Shown here piece by piece: positions 38,196 through 47,669 of a stretch of 64,000 nucleotides of DNA. Under the pieces are notes generated by a model, which searched no databases, was not told where the DNA came from, and saw only the letters and a program-made list of their open reading frames with translations. The position numbers were made by a program, and so were the translations under genes. Every line of letters begins with the position of its first letter. The stretch's first letter is position 1. Location: assembly GCA_046290465.1 (NCBI GenBank), contig JBKAGP010000001.1:1184001-1248000 (forward strand), read 5' to 3'. Source of the stretch: Planctomycetota bacterium. GTDB lineage: Bacteria > Planctomycetota > UBA1135 > UBA2386.

Positions 38196-39395
38196 TCAGG
38201 ACCTCTCGAGGATCATCGCGATGCCCTGGCCGCCGCCGATGCACGCCGACGCGCAGCCGAGCGCCTTGCCCGTCTCCTCCATCTCGCGGACCAGCGTCAG
38301 CAGCAGACGCGTGCCGGTCGCACCGAGCGGGTGGCCGAGCGCGATCGCGCCGCCGTTGACGTTGCACTTGTCGCGGTCGAGGCCGAGTTCCTTCTCGCAG
38401 CCGAGGTACTGGCCGCTGAACGCCTCGTTGATCTCGATCAGGTCGAGGTCCGAGACCTGGATGTCGGCCTTCTGGCAGGCCTGCTGGATCGACGGGACCG
38501 GACCGAGGCCCATGACCTCCGGCTCGACGCCGGCGATGCCCCACGACTTGATCTTGGCCTTGACGTCGAGGCCGAGCTCCTTGGCGTGCTCGGCGGTGGT
38601 CACGACCAGCATGGCCGCGCCGTCGACGATGCCCGACGCGTTGCCGGCGGTCACCGTGCCGTCCTTGCCGAACGCCGGGCGCAGCTTCTGCAGGCCCTCG
38701 AGCGTCGTCTCCGGCTTGATGTGGTCGTCGCTGTCGACGACGAACTCCTTGCGACCCTTCTGCACGGTCAGCGGCGCGATCTCGGCGGCGAACTTGCCGG
38801 CCTTGACCGCGGCGGCGCCGAGCTGGTGGCTGCGCAGCGCGTATTCATCCTGCTCCTCGCGCGAGATGCCGACCTTCTTGGCGACGTTCTCGGCGGTCTG
38901 CGCCATGAAGAACTTGCAGAACGGGTCGTAGAGCGCCGCGAACAGCAGGTCCTCGATCTTCTGTTCCTGGCCGAAGCGGAAGCCCTCGCGCGCGCCGCGG
39001 ATCACGTGCGGCACCTGGCTCATGTTCTCCATGCCGCCGGCGAGGCACATCTTGGACTCGCCGAGCAGCATCGAGTGCGCGGCCGAGACCACCGACTGGA
39101 TGCCGGAGCCACAGAGACGGTTGACGGTCAGGGCGGGCTTGGTGTGCGGGACGCCGGCCTTCAGCGCCACGTGGCGCGCGCCGTAGATCGCGTCGCTCGA
39201 CGACTGGGCCGCGTTGCCGACGAACGTCTCGTCGACCTGCTCGGGCTTGACGCCGGCGCGTTCGAGGGCGGCCTTGGCCGCGTGCGCGCCGAGATCGATG
39301 GCGCTGACATCCTTGAACTTGCCGAAACCGGGGGTGCCGGAATACTCCGCCATGGCGGTGCGGGCACCGCCGACAATGACCAGATCAGATTGCAT
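38196..39395 (-). CDS. Acetyl-CoA C-acyltransferase (thiolase)
   Basis: NRLCGSG, GGMENMS, VTAGNASG, EINEAF, NGGAIALGHPLGATG, CIGGGQG; alternative start 39413. Confidence 0.96.
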   Translation of the reverse strand: MQSDLVIVGGARTAMAEYSGTPGFGKFKDVSAIDLGAHAAKAALERAGVKPEQVDETFVGNAAQSSSDAIYGARHVALKAGVPHTKPALTVNRLCGSGIQSVVSAAHSMLLGESKMCLAGGMENMSQVPHVIRGAREGFRFGQEQKIEDLLFAALYDPFCKFFMAQTAENVAKKVGISREEQDEYALRSHQLGAAAVKAGKFAAEIAPLTVQKGRKEFVVDSDDHIKPETTLEGLQKLRPAFGKDGTVTAGNASGIVDGAAMLVVTTAEHAKELGLDVKAKIKSWGIAGVEPEVMGLGPVPSIQQACQKADIQVSDLDLIEINEAFSGQYLGCEKELGLDRDKCNVNGGAIALGHPLGATGTRLLLTLVREMEETGKALGCASACIGGGQGIAMILERS

Positions 39396-39620
39396 CCGGA
39401 GAGCATCGGACATGGTCTTTGTGGACGCAAGTTTCGCGGTCGGCCGCACCACGGCCGTCGGGGGCCATGGTGCGAGCGCGGCGAGGGTCGGCAAGCCGCG
39501 ACGCCGACGGCGGTTCCGCTCGGCGCCCCAGAAAAATCGACGCGTGGCTGAGCCGCTGCGCGCCGGTCCTGCGCAGGTCGGGGCGGACGCGCCAGCGAGC
39601 GCCTCCGCCACCAAACCGTC

Positions 39621-41771
39621 ATGAACACCACATCCTTCCGTCCCGCCCACGCCGGGCGCCACCTGACCCTTCTCTGCCTGCTGGCGGCGCCGTGCGCGGC
39701 GCAGCAGGCCCTGCAGCCGAGCAGCGCCAGCACGACGTTGCCCGGCTCGTCGTCGATCCTCGGCCTGATCAGCCAGGGCGGCCTGACCGCGACCTACGAG
39801 GACGCGGTGACCGACTTCGCGACCTTCGTGGCCCGAGCCAGCCACCAGAACAGCAGCGCCCTGTCGCTCGACCGGCCGTTCGCGGTCGGCGGGATCGTCA
39901 CGTTCGATCTGGGCACGAGCCGCGAGGTCGACGCGATCGCGCTGTGGGGCCAGCAGACGCTGGCGAACACGCTGACCGCGTTCACCCTGTTCGCCGACGG
40001 CGACGACAACTTCGGCAACGGCACCACCGCGACGCTCGGCTCGTTCGCCAGCCCGATCGGCCAGGCCGGCGAGGCGTTCGCGTTCGCACCCGTCGCGACC
40101 CGCTTCGTGCACCTGCGCGTCGACGGCAACGGCGGCGGCACGCGCGTCAAGATCGGCGAAGCGGTGTTCCGCCGCGCCGCCTCGGTCGACGACGCCGACC
40201 GCACGATGGTCGCACCGACCGCGGTGACGACCTCCCTGATCCCGCTGTTCGGGCTGTTCCCCGAGGGCAACCTGATCGACCAGTCGGGCCTGACCGCGCC
40301 CTACGTCGACGGCGTGACCGACTTCGCGACCTACGTGCCGTCGACCAACCACCCCAGCAACAACGCGACGTCACTGCTCGCCAACAGCAACGGCCAGAAC
40401 CAGGCGACGGGCGTCGTCGACCTCGGCGAGACGATCACGCTCGACTTCGGCCAGCAGCGGGCCGTCGATGCGATCGCGATCTGGAACTCGCTGCCCGCCC
40501 AGGAGTCCCTGCTCGGCTTCGAGCTGTTCGTCGACGACGACAGCGACTTCGGCAACGGCACCACCGCGACGCTCGGCTCGTTCGCCTGCGCGCCGGTCCT
40601 GACCGGCCAGGCGTTCGCGTTCCGGCCGGTCCGGACCCGCTTCGTGCACCTGCAGATGACCGCGCACGGCGGCGGACCGTTCCTGCGGCTGGGTGAGATC
40701 GCGTTCCGCAACGCGGTCGGCGTCACCGCGACGCTCGCGCACACCGGCAGCTTCGTCGGCGGCGTCGCCTACGACCGCGTCAGCGACGAGCTGGTCGTCG
40801 TCGACGACACCGACCTGACCGTCACGTTCTACGACCGCGCGACCGGGGCGCAGACGGCGCAGTTCGCCGCGCCCGGCAACAACGCGCTGATCGGGGCGCA
40901 GGTCGACATCACCACCGGCAACCTCTGGGTCGTCGGCGAGGACGAGGTCGTGCGCCAGTTCGACCGCACCGGCGTGATCGTGTCGTCGTTCTCGGTGCAG
41001 CCGGCCGTCAACGATGCCTCGGCGCTCGCCATCGACCCGGTGTCCGATACGATCTGGATCTCCAACGACGGCAACAACACGGTCACCGAGTTCGACAAGA
41101 GCGGCAACCCGACCGGCGCCTCGTTCACCCCGGCCGGCAGCACCGACGGCGACGGCCTCGCCTACGACCCGACGACGCGCACGTTCCTGCTCGGAGAGGA
41201 CGGCCAGAACGCGATCCTCGTCGTCGACCGGACCGGCGCGCTGGTCGACCGTTTCGACCTCGGCAGCCTCGGCCTGAGCCCTGAGGGCCTCGCCGTCGAC
41301 ACTACCACCGGCAAGGTCTTCTGCGGCAACGGCACGGTCGCGTCGACGGTGTCCGAACTGAGCGGCATCGTCGCGGCACCGCCGGCCGGTGCGCTGACCC
41401 GCTACGGGACGCCGTGCGGCGGCCGGATCGCGGCCAGCGATGTCGTCGCCGACGACGGCGCGACCGACGCCGGCGTGTGGTTCGGCTACCAGGGAACGCT
41501 GCCGCCGGGCAACGCGTTCCTGCTGCTGTTCGGCACCTCCCGCCAGAACATCCCGCTGGCGCCGATCGTGCCGTCGACGTGCACCGCGTTCGCGACCGGG
41601 GACCTGCTGTCGGTGTTCGACCTGACCAGCGGTGCCGGCCGCGGCGGCTTCCGGCTGGCGCTGCCGCCCGGGTTCCGCGGCTTCCGGTTCACGGCCTGGG
41701 CCGCGGACGTCGACCTCGGCACGTTCGGCATCCCGAGCGCTTCGGGTGGCCTCGAGATCGTGCTGCAGTAG
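39621..41771 (+). CDS. Secreted multidomain protein: two tandem discoidin/galactose-binding-like modules, beta-propeller and C-terminal module
   Basis: Signal peptide; internal duplication (GLTATYEDAVTDFAT/GLTAPYVDGVTDFAT; FGNGTTATLGSFA twice); GVAYD/ALAID/GLAYD/GLAVD propeller blades. Confidence 0.8.
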   Translation: MNTTSFRPAHAGRHLTLLCLLAAPCAAQQALQPSSASTTLPGSSSILGLISQGGLTATYEDAVTDFATFVARASHQNSSALSLDRPFAVGGIVTFDLGTSREVDAIALWGQQTLANTLTAFTLFADGDDNFGNGTTATLGSFASPIGQAGEAFAFAPVATRFVHLRVDGNGGGTRVKIGEAVFRRAASVDDADRTMVAPTAVTTSLIPLFGLFPEGNLIDQSGLTAPYVDGVTDFATYVPSTNHPSNNATSLLANSNGQNQATGVVDLGETITLDFGQQRAVDAIAIWNSLPAQESLLGFELFVDDDSDFGNGTTATLGSFACAPVLTGQAFAFRPVRTRFVHLQMTAHGGGPFLRLGEIAFRNAVGVTATLAHTGSFVGGVAYDRVSDELVVVDDTDLTVTFYDRATGAQTAQFAAPGNNALIGAQVDITTGNLWVVGEDEVVRQFDRTGVIVSSFSVQPAVNDASALAIDPVSDTIWISNDGNNTVTEFDKSGNPTGASFTPAGSTDGDGLAYDPTTRTFLLGEDGQNAILVVDRTGALVDRFDLGSLGLSPEGLAVDTTTGKVFCGNGTVASTVSELSGIVAAPPAGALTRYGTPCGGRIAASDVVADDGATDAGVWFGYQGTLPPGNAFLLLFGTSRQNIPLAPIVPSTCTAFATGDLLSVFDLTSGAGRGGFRLALPPGFRGFRFTAWAADVDLGTFGIPSASGGLEIVLQ

Positions 41772-41931
41772 CGCTTGCGACGTGGGCGCAGCTACCGCCG
41801 ACGCCGCCCCGGCCACGGGTCCGGTGCGGCCCGACATCGCGAGGCGATGCGGGCGGCTCCGTGCCGCTCGCAACTCGCGGCTGGCATCTCGCCGCGGTCG
41901 GCGCGACGATCCTCGTCCGCCCCCGAGCGCG

Positions 41932-42489
41932 ATGCCCCGCAACGACGTCACCGAGATCCTCGCCGCCGTGCAGCGGGGCGCGCCCGCCGCGACCGAACGC
42001 CTGTTCGACGTCGTGCACGGCGAACTGCAGCGCATGGCCGCCGACAAGATGCAGGGCGAACGAGCCGGCCACACGCTGCAGCCGACGGCTTTGGTGCACG
42101 AAGCCTACCTGCGGCTGCTCGGCAACCAGGACCGCCTCGAGGATCGCGCCCACTTCTTCGGCGCGGCGGCGCGCGCGATGGAGCGCGTGCTCGTCGACCA
42201 CGCGCGCAGGCGGCAGGCCGACAAGCGCGGCGGCGCCGACGCGCAGCGCGTCTCGCTGCACGAACTCGACCTGGCGGTGGCCAACCGCGACCTCGACGTG
42301 TTCGCCGTGCACGAGGCGATCGACGCCCTCGAGGCCGAGGACACCGAGCTGGCGGCGCTGGTGCGCTACCGCTACTTCGTCGGGATGACGCTCGAACAGA
42401 TCGCCGCCGTCTGCGACACGTCGTTGGCGACCATCAAGCGACGCTGGGCGTTCGCCCGCGCGTGGCTCTACGATCGGCTGCAGGCGTGA
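41932..42489 (+). CDS. ECF sigma factor (TIGR02999-like, kinase-associated)
   Basis: DVTEIL, HTLQPTALVHEAYLRL, RAHFFGAAARAMERVLVDHAR, WAFARAWL. Confidence 0.94.
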   Translation: MPRNDVTEILAAVQRGAPAATERLFDVVHGELQRMAADKMQGERAGHTLQPTALVHEAYLRLLGNQDRLEDRAHFFGAAARAMERVLVDHARRRQADKRGGADAQRVSLHELDLAVANRDLDVFAVHEAIDALEAEDTELAALVRYRYFVGMTLEQIAAVCDTSLATIKRRWAFARAWLYDRLQA

Positions 42490-44987
42490 GCGGGACCCGC
42501 GACGCGCGGGCCGGCGACACAGGCGACATGCAACGGGACATCGACGACTTCCACGAAGCGCTGGCGCGACCTGCCGACGAGCGCACGGCGTTCGTCGAGC
42601 AACGGCACCACGAGCAACCGGAACGGGCGCGCCGCCTGCTGCGCCTGCTCGAGGCCCACGCGCGCGCCGAGCGAGCCGAAGGCGACGACGAGCCGGGCCT
42701 GCCGAGCACCATGCCGGCGTTGCTGCACCGCGTGCAGGCCCCCGAACAGATCGGTGCCTACCGCGTGCTCGAGCGGCTGGGCGAGGGCGGCATCGGCGTG
42801 GTCTACGCCGCCGAGCAACACGAACCGCTGCGGCGCCGGGTCGCGATCAAGGTCGTCAAACTCGGCATGGACACACACGAGGTGCTGGCCCGCTTCGAGG
42901 CCGAGCGGCAGGCGCTCGCGATGATGGACCATCCGGGCGTCGCCAAGGCGCTCGACGCCGGCATCACCGCGGAAGGCCGCCCGTACTTCGTGATGGAGCT
43001 GGTCAAGGGTGTGCCGCTGACGACCTACGCCCAGAGCCAGGCCCTGCCGCTGCGCGCGCGGCTCGAGCTGTTCGTCGAGATCTGCGCCGCGGTGCAGCAC
43101 GCGCACCAGAAGGGCATCATCCATCGCGACCTCAAGCCGTCGAACATCCTGGTGACGACCTTCGACGGCCGGCCGGTGCCGAAGATCATCGACTTCGGCG
43201 TGGCCAAGGCGACGGCGAGCCGACTGACCGAACGCACGGTGTTCACCGAGCAGGGCCGGCTGATCGGCACGCCCGAGTACATGTCCCCCGAGCAGGCCGA
43301 GATGTCCGGCCTCGACGTCGACACCCGCACCGACGTCTATTCGCTCGGCGTCGTGCTCTACGAGTTGCTGACGGGTGAGCTGCCGTTCGAGGGCCGCGGC
43401 GAAGGCCCTGCCGGTTACTCCGAGCTGCTGCGCAAGATCCGCGAGGTGCCGCCGAAGCGGCCGAGCATGCGCATCGCCGACGGCCGCAGCGGCTCCACGG
43501 TGGTCTCGGTGCGCGCGGCCACCGTGCGCCGCGAGCTCGACTGGATCGTGCTGCAGGCGCTCGAGAAGGACCGGACGCGTCGCTACGGCTCGGCCAGCGC
43601 ACTCGGCGACGACATCGAACGCTACCTCCGCGACCTGCCGGTGCACGCGCGTCCGCCGAGCACCGTCTACGTGCTGCGCAAGTTCGTGCAGCGACACCGC
43701 CTGGCGACCGGCCTGATGCTGCTGGTCGTGGTGACGACGGTGATCGGCATCACCGGCCTGACCCTCGGCCTCGTGCGCGCGCGCAGCGCCGAGCGCCTCG
43801 CGACCGAGCGCGCCGACCACGCGCAGGCCATGGCCGGCTTCCTCGAGCAGGTGCTGTTCGGCGCCGACCCGGAGGAGGGCGGCGGCCAGCCGACGCTGGC
43901 GCAGGCGATCGACCGTGCCGGCATGCAGGTCGACGCCGAACTCGGCGAGCACCCCGAGGTCGAAGCGTCGGTGCGCGAATCGCTCGGCGTCGCCTACCGA
44001 CGGCGCTCCTTGTTCGGGCGGGCCCGCCCCCACCTGGAGCGCTCGCTACTGCTTCGCGAACAGGTGCTCGGCGAGGCGCACATGGACACTGCCAGGTCGC
44101 GGACGGCGCTCGGCGCGCTGCGCTTCGAGCACGACGGCGACTTCGACGGTGCCGCAGCACTGTTCGAACAGGTCGGTGCCGCCCTGCAACAGAACGGACT
44201 GGCCGGAACCGTGCACGAAGCATGGCTGCTGCTCGACGTCGGTCTGGTCGCGCTCGCCAGCGATCGACTGGCGGACGCCGAGCGGGCGCTGCACACGTGT
44301 CGGGACCTGCTGGCAACGGACCGCGGCGACACCCATGCCGACGTCAGCCGGCCGCTGCGCGGACTGGCGCGGTGCGCGCTCGCGCGCGACGACGTCGACG
44401 CCGCCGAACGGCTCGCCCGCCGCGCCGTGTCGCTCTGCGCCGGCACGCGCGACGAGTACCTCGGCGCACGCGCCCAGCTCGCGCTCGTCGACGTGCTGCG
44501 CAGGCGGGGTCAGGTCGACGAAGCGGCCGAGGTGCTGGCGACGGCGGAGATGCGGTTGACGCGCATGGTCGGCGCGCAGCACATCCGCAAGGCGGAATGC
44601 ACGATCCGTTCGGCGCACCTGCTGCTGCAGCGCGGCGACTTCGCGGCGGCCGAACGGTCCGCGCGGCGCTGCCTCGAGCTGCGGCGCGCGCTGCTCGCCG
44701 CCGACCATCCGGACATCCTGGCGTCGCGGCTGCTGCTCGCCGAGATCCAGCTCGCAGAGCGGGCCGCCGGGTCGGGCTCCGGCACGCGCACGCTCACCGA
44801 GCTCGACGACGACCTGCGCGACCTCGCCGACCGCTGCTCGCGTCGCCTCGCGCCGGACCATCCGCTCGCGCTCCGCATCGCCGAGGCCCGCATCGCGAGC
44901 GCCGGCGACGATGCCGGCCGCCGCGCGCTGCGCACCGCGCGGCACGCCGAGCTGGTCGAAAGCCGCGCGCGGCGTCTGGCTCGCTGA
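42486..44987 (+). CDS. Ser/Thr protein kinase with TM helix and TPR-like extracytoplasmic region
   Basis: GTG overlapping the ECF stop; LGEGGIGVV, VAIKVVK, HRDLKPSN, DFGVAK, GTPEYMSPEQ; LGEAHMDT/HADV/DHPD TPR_10-like repeats. Confidence 0.93.
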   Translation: MSGTRDARAGDTGDMQRDIDDFHEALARPADERTAFVEQRHHEQPERARRLLRLLEAHARAERAEGDDEPGLPSTMPALLHRVQAPEQIGAYRVLERLGEGGIGVVYAAEQHEPLRRRVAIKVVKLGMDTHEVLARFEAERQALAMMDHPGVAKALDAGITAEGRPYFVMELVKGVPLTTYAQSQALPLRARLELFVEICAAVQHAHQKGIIHRDLKPSNILVTTFDGRPVPKIIDFGVAKATASRLTERTVFTEQGRLIGTPEYMSPEQAEMSGLDVDTRTDVYSLGVVLYELLTGELPFEGRGEGPAGYSELLRKIREVPPKRPSMRIADGRSGSTVVSVRAATVRRELDWIVLQALEKDRTRRYGSASALGDDIERYLRDLPVHARPPSTVYVLRKFVQRHRLATGLMLLVVVTTVIGITGLTLGLVRARSAERLATERADHAQAMAGFLEQVLFGADPEEGGGQPTLAQAIDRAGMQVDAELGEHPEVEASVRESLGVAYRRRSLFGRARPHLERSLLLREQVLGEAHMDTARSRTALGALRFEHDGDFDGAAALFEQVGAALQQNGLAGTVHEAWLLLDVGLVALASDRLADAERALHTCRDLLATDRGDTHADVSRPLRGLARCALARDDVDAAERLARRAVSLCAGTRDEYLGARAQLALVDVLRRRGQVDEAAEVLATAEMRLTRMVGAQHIRKAECTIRSAHLLLQRGDFAAAERSARRCLELRRALLAADHPDILASRLLLAEIQLAERAAGSGSGTRTLTELDDDLRDLADRCSRRLAPDHPLALRIAEARIASAGDDAGRRALRTARHAELVESRARRLAR

Positions 44988-45023
44988 TCTACGGCGATCC
45001 GGCAGGGCGCCGCGGTCGGCCCC

Positions 45024-47573
45024 TCACCAGGTGCCGACGGTCCACAGCAGCGCGTCCGTCACGGTGGTCTGCACGATCGTTCCGCCGGCGCCGGTCTCGA
45101 TCGCGAGCACCTGATCCTGAACCTGGATACCGAGCAGTGCCTGGTCGCCGGGGATCTGGAGCGAGGTCTCGTACGTCGTCGAGGCCACGGCAAAGTCGAC
45201 CGCCTCGGGCGCCACCGAGAGGACGCACGACGTCGACGCCGGCAGCAGCAGCGGCGGCAGCGGCACCGGGGCGCTCGCCCCCAGGCCGAGCACGTGCACG
45301 ACGAGCCCGTTGGCCGGCAGGTTGCTGGCTCGCGCGCGCATGGAAGCCCCGAGCCAGGGCAGGGCGAGCGGCGTGTAACCGGGCACCCCCTGGCTGCCGG
45401 CGCAGCCGGGCGCGAACGTCTGCACACCGGCCGGACACAGCGACTGCCAGCGCGACAGCGACGGCCTCTGCCCATCGGGCTGCGTCGGTGCGCCACCGAG
45501 CAGCAGGCCGTAGGACGTCGCAACCGCAAACAGGCCCTCGTGGCCGAACGTCTGGCCGGCCGGCAACATCGACTGCCACACCCCGCCGCTCCAGCGCAGC
45601 ACGTCGAACGTCGTCGGAGACGGCCAGCCAGGGGACCGCTGCGCGCCAGCGATCAGGTCGCCGTCCGGCGACGCGTGCAGCCAAGTGAGCGCCGTCGCCA
45701 GTGTGCTCGGCGGCGAGATCACGACCCAGCTGCTGCCGTTCCACATGCGCGTGGTGTAGGAACTGTCGCGCACGACCGGCTGACCGTTCGCCAGCACGGC
45801 CACCTCGGTGGCATTGGCGATGCCGCTGCCGACCGGCGACCAGACCGCGCCGTCCCAGCGGGCGACGGTGTGGGTCGTGCCCGCGAAGTCCCCGACCGCG
45901 TAGACGCTGCCGTCAGGCGCGAGCTCCAGGTCGAGGATCGATTGCACGCCGCCGGCGCCGACCGCCTGCCAGCTGGTGCCGTCCCAGCGAACCACGCCCT
46001 CAGCGAGGATGCCGCCGATCGGCAGCGTGAAGGTGCCGCCCATCAGGATGCTGCCGTCCGGCAGCTCGAGCAGTTCGCGCACCGAACCCTGCATGGCCGG
46101 GTTGAGCGGGGACCAGGTTGCGCCGTCCCACCGCCAGACGGGATCACCAGGCTGCGTCGAGCCATTGACCACGACGGAGACCCTGCCGGCGACGATCAGG
46201 TCGCCGTTGTCGCGCTCGGCGAATGCCCACACTCCGTCGGAACTGCTGAGCCCTCCGAGCCCGCCGCCGACGTCGCTCCAGCTAGCGCCGTTCCAGCGCG
46301 CGATGCCATGCGACTGCAAGCCACCGATCGTGCCGAACTGGCCGCCGACCAGGAGGCTGCCGTCGCGCAGCTGCCGCGCCGTGTAGAGGTAGCCGTCGAC
46401 ACCGTCATTGGTCCGCAGCCACTGCGCGCCGTCCCAGATCGCGGCGTCGGTGACGTCGAGGCCGCCCGCGCGTGCGAACTGCCCGGCGACGAAGACGTCC
46501 CCGCTCGGCAGCGTGCACAGGGACGACACCAGCGGGCCGTAGGTGAACGGCTCGCGTGCCACCCCGCTGCCGAGGGCGGTCCAGGCGTTGCCGTTCCACC
46601 GCGCGATTCGGCTGGCCGCCGTGCTGCCGGCAACGTCGAACGATCCGCCTGCGATCAGCCTGCCGAAGGCGTCCTCGGCCAGCGCTTCGACGCGGCTGAC
46701 CCCGACGGACAAATGGACGCCGCCGCCGAGGTCGTGCCAGCCGGCGCCGTCCCAGCGCGCCAAGCCCGACACCTGCACCCCGCCCGCCGCCTGGAACCCG
46801 CCACCGACGACCAGATCGCCGTTCGACATCGACAGCGCGCAGTAGGCGTCCGACGACAGCCCAGCGCCGAGCGGCTGCCATGCGGCGCCGTCCCAGCGCG
46901 CCGCGCGCGACGTCGCCGTCGAACCCGACATGGTGAAGCCGCCGACCGCGAACAGGTTGCCCTGGTCATCGACCGTCAACGCCTCGACGGTGCCGTTGAA
47001 GCCAGCGCCCATCGGCGCCCAGCTGCTGCCGTTCCAACGCGCGACGCGGGGCATCGGTGCGCCCCCGGACGTCGCGAAGTAGCCACCTGCGACCACGTCG
47101 CCGTTGGGCAGGTGGGCCAGCGCCTGCACCCGGTTGTCCAGCCCGCCGCCGAGCGGGCTCCAGCTGGCGCCGTCCCAGCGCGCGATCGAGGTCGCAAAGA
47201 CCCCGTCCAGCACGAAGAAATCCCCGCCGACGATCAGGTCGCCGTTGGGCAACGGCAGCACCGCGTAGACCGGTGCGTTGACGTCCAGCGTCAGCGCCTG
47301 CCAGCTACGGGCCAACGGATCGTAGACCGCCAGCCGGCTCGCATCGGCGGAGCCTGCGCGGCCGAACGCCCCACCGACCACGACCTTGGCCGACGCTGGC
47401 CCGGAGCCGTCGGGGTCCCAGGCGGCGGCGGCGAAGGCCTCCGACACGCCCGGACGGCCACCCGGGTCGGCGGGCTCGGGCCGCCAGTCCGCGCACTGGG
47501 CGAGTAGGTCGGCGGCGCTGCCGAAGGCGAGCGCGAACATGGCTGCGAGCCGCAGCGGGCACAGGTGCTTCAT
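45024..47573 (-). CDS. Secreted beta-propeller repeat protein (ARWDG..W..LG.G repeats) with C-terminal module
   Basis: Signal peptide; about a dozen ~50-aa repeats of the form GDL(I/V)xGGxF...ARW(D/N)GxxWxxLGxG. Confidence 0.85.
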   Translation of the reverse strand: MKHLCPLRLAAMFALAFGSAADLLAQCADWRPEPADPGGRPGVSEAFAAAAWDPDGSGPASAKVVVGGAFGRAGSADASRLAVYDPLARSWQALTLDVNAPVYAVLPLPNGDLIVGGDFFVLDGVFATSIARWDGASWSPLGGGLDNRVQALAHLPNGDVVAGGYFATSGGAPMPRVARWNGSSWAPMGAGFNGTVEALTVDDQGNLFAVGGFTMSGSTATSRAARWDGAAWQPLGAGLSSDAYCALSMSNGDLVVGGGFQAAGGVQVSGLARWDGAGWHDLGGGVHLSVGVSRVEALAEDAFGRLIAGGSFDVAGSTAASRIARWNGNAWTALGSGVAREPFTYGPLVSSLCTLPSGDVFVAGQFARAGGLDVTDAAIWDGAQWLRTNDGVDGYLYTARQLRDGSLLVGGQFGTIGGLQSHGIARWNGASWSDVGGGLGGLSSSDGVWAFAERDNGDLIVAGRVSVVVNGSTQPGDPVWRWDGATWSPLNPAMQGSVRELLELPDGSILMGGTFTLPIGGILAEGVVRWDGTSWQAVGAGGVQSILDLELAPDGSVYAVGDFAGTTHTVARWDGAVWSPVGSGIANATEVAVLANGQPVVRDSSYTTRMWNGSSWVVISPPSTLATALTWLHASPDGDLIAGAQRSPGWPSPTTFDVLRWSGGVWQSMLPAGQTFGHEGLFAVATSYGLLLGGAPTQPDGQRPSLSRWQSLCPAGVQTFAPGCAGSQGVPGYTPLALPWLGASMRARASNLPANGLVVHVLGLGASAPVPLPPLLLPASTSCVLSVAPEAVDFAVASTTYETSLQIPGDQALLGIQVQDQVLAIETGAGGTIVQTTVTDALLWTVGTW

Positions 47574-47669
47574 GTGGTTCTTCCCGTCCCGTTCGTCGCA
47601 CGGGACCGCGACAGCTTAGCAGGCTTCGCATGCTCGCGGGACTGCCCCCCAACTCGTAGCATGGCGCCC

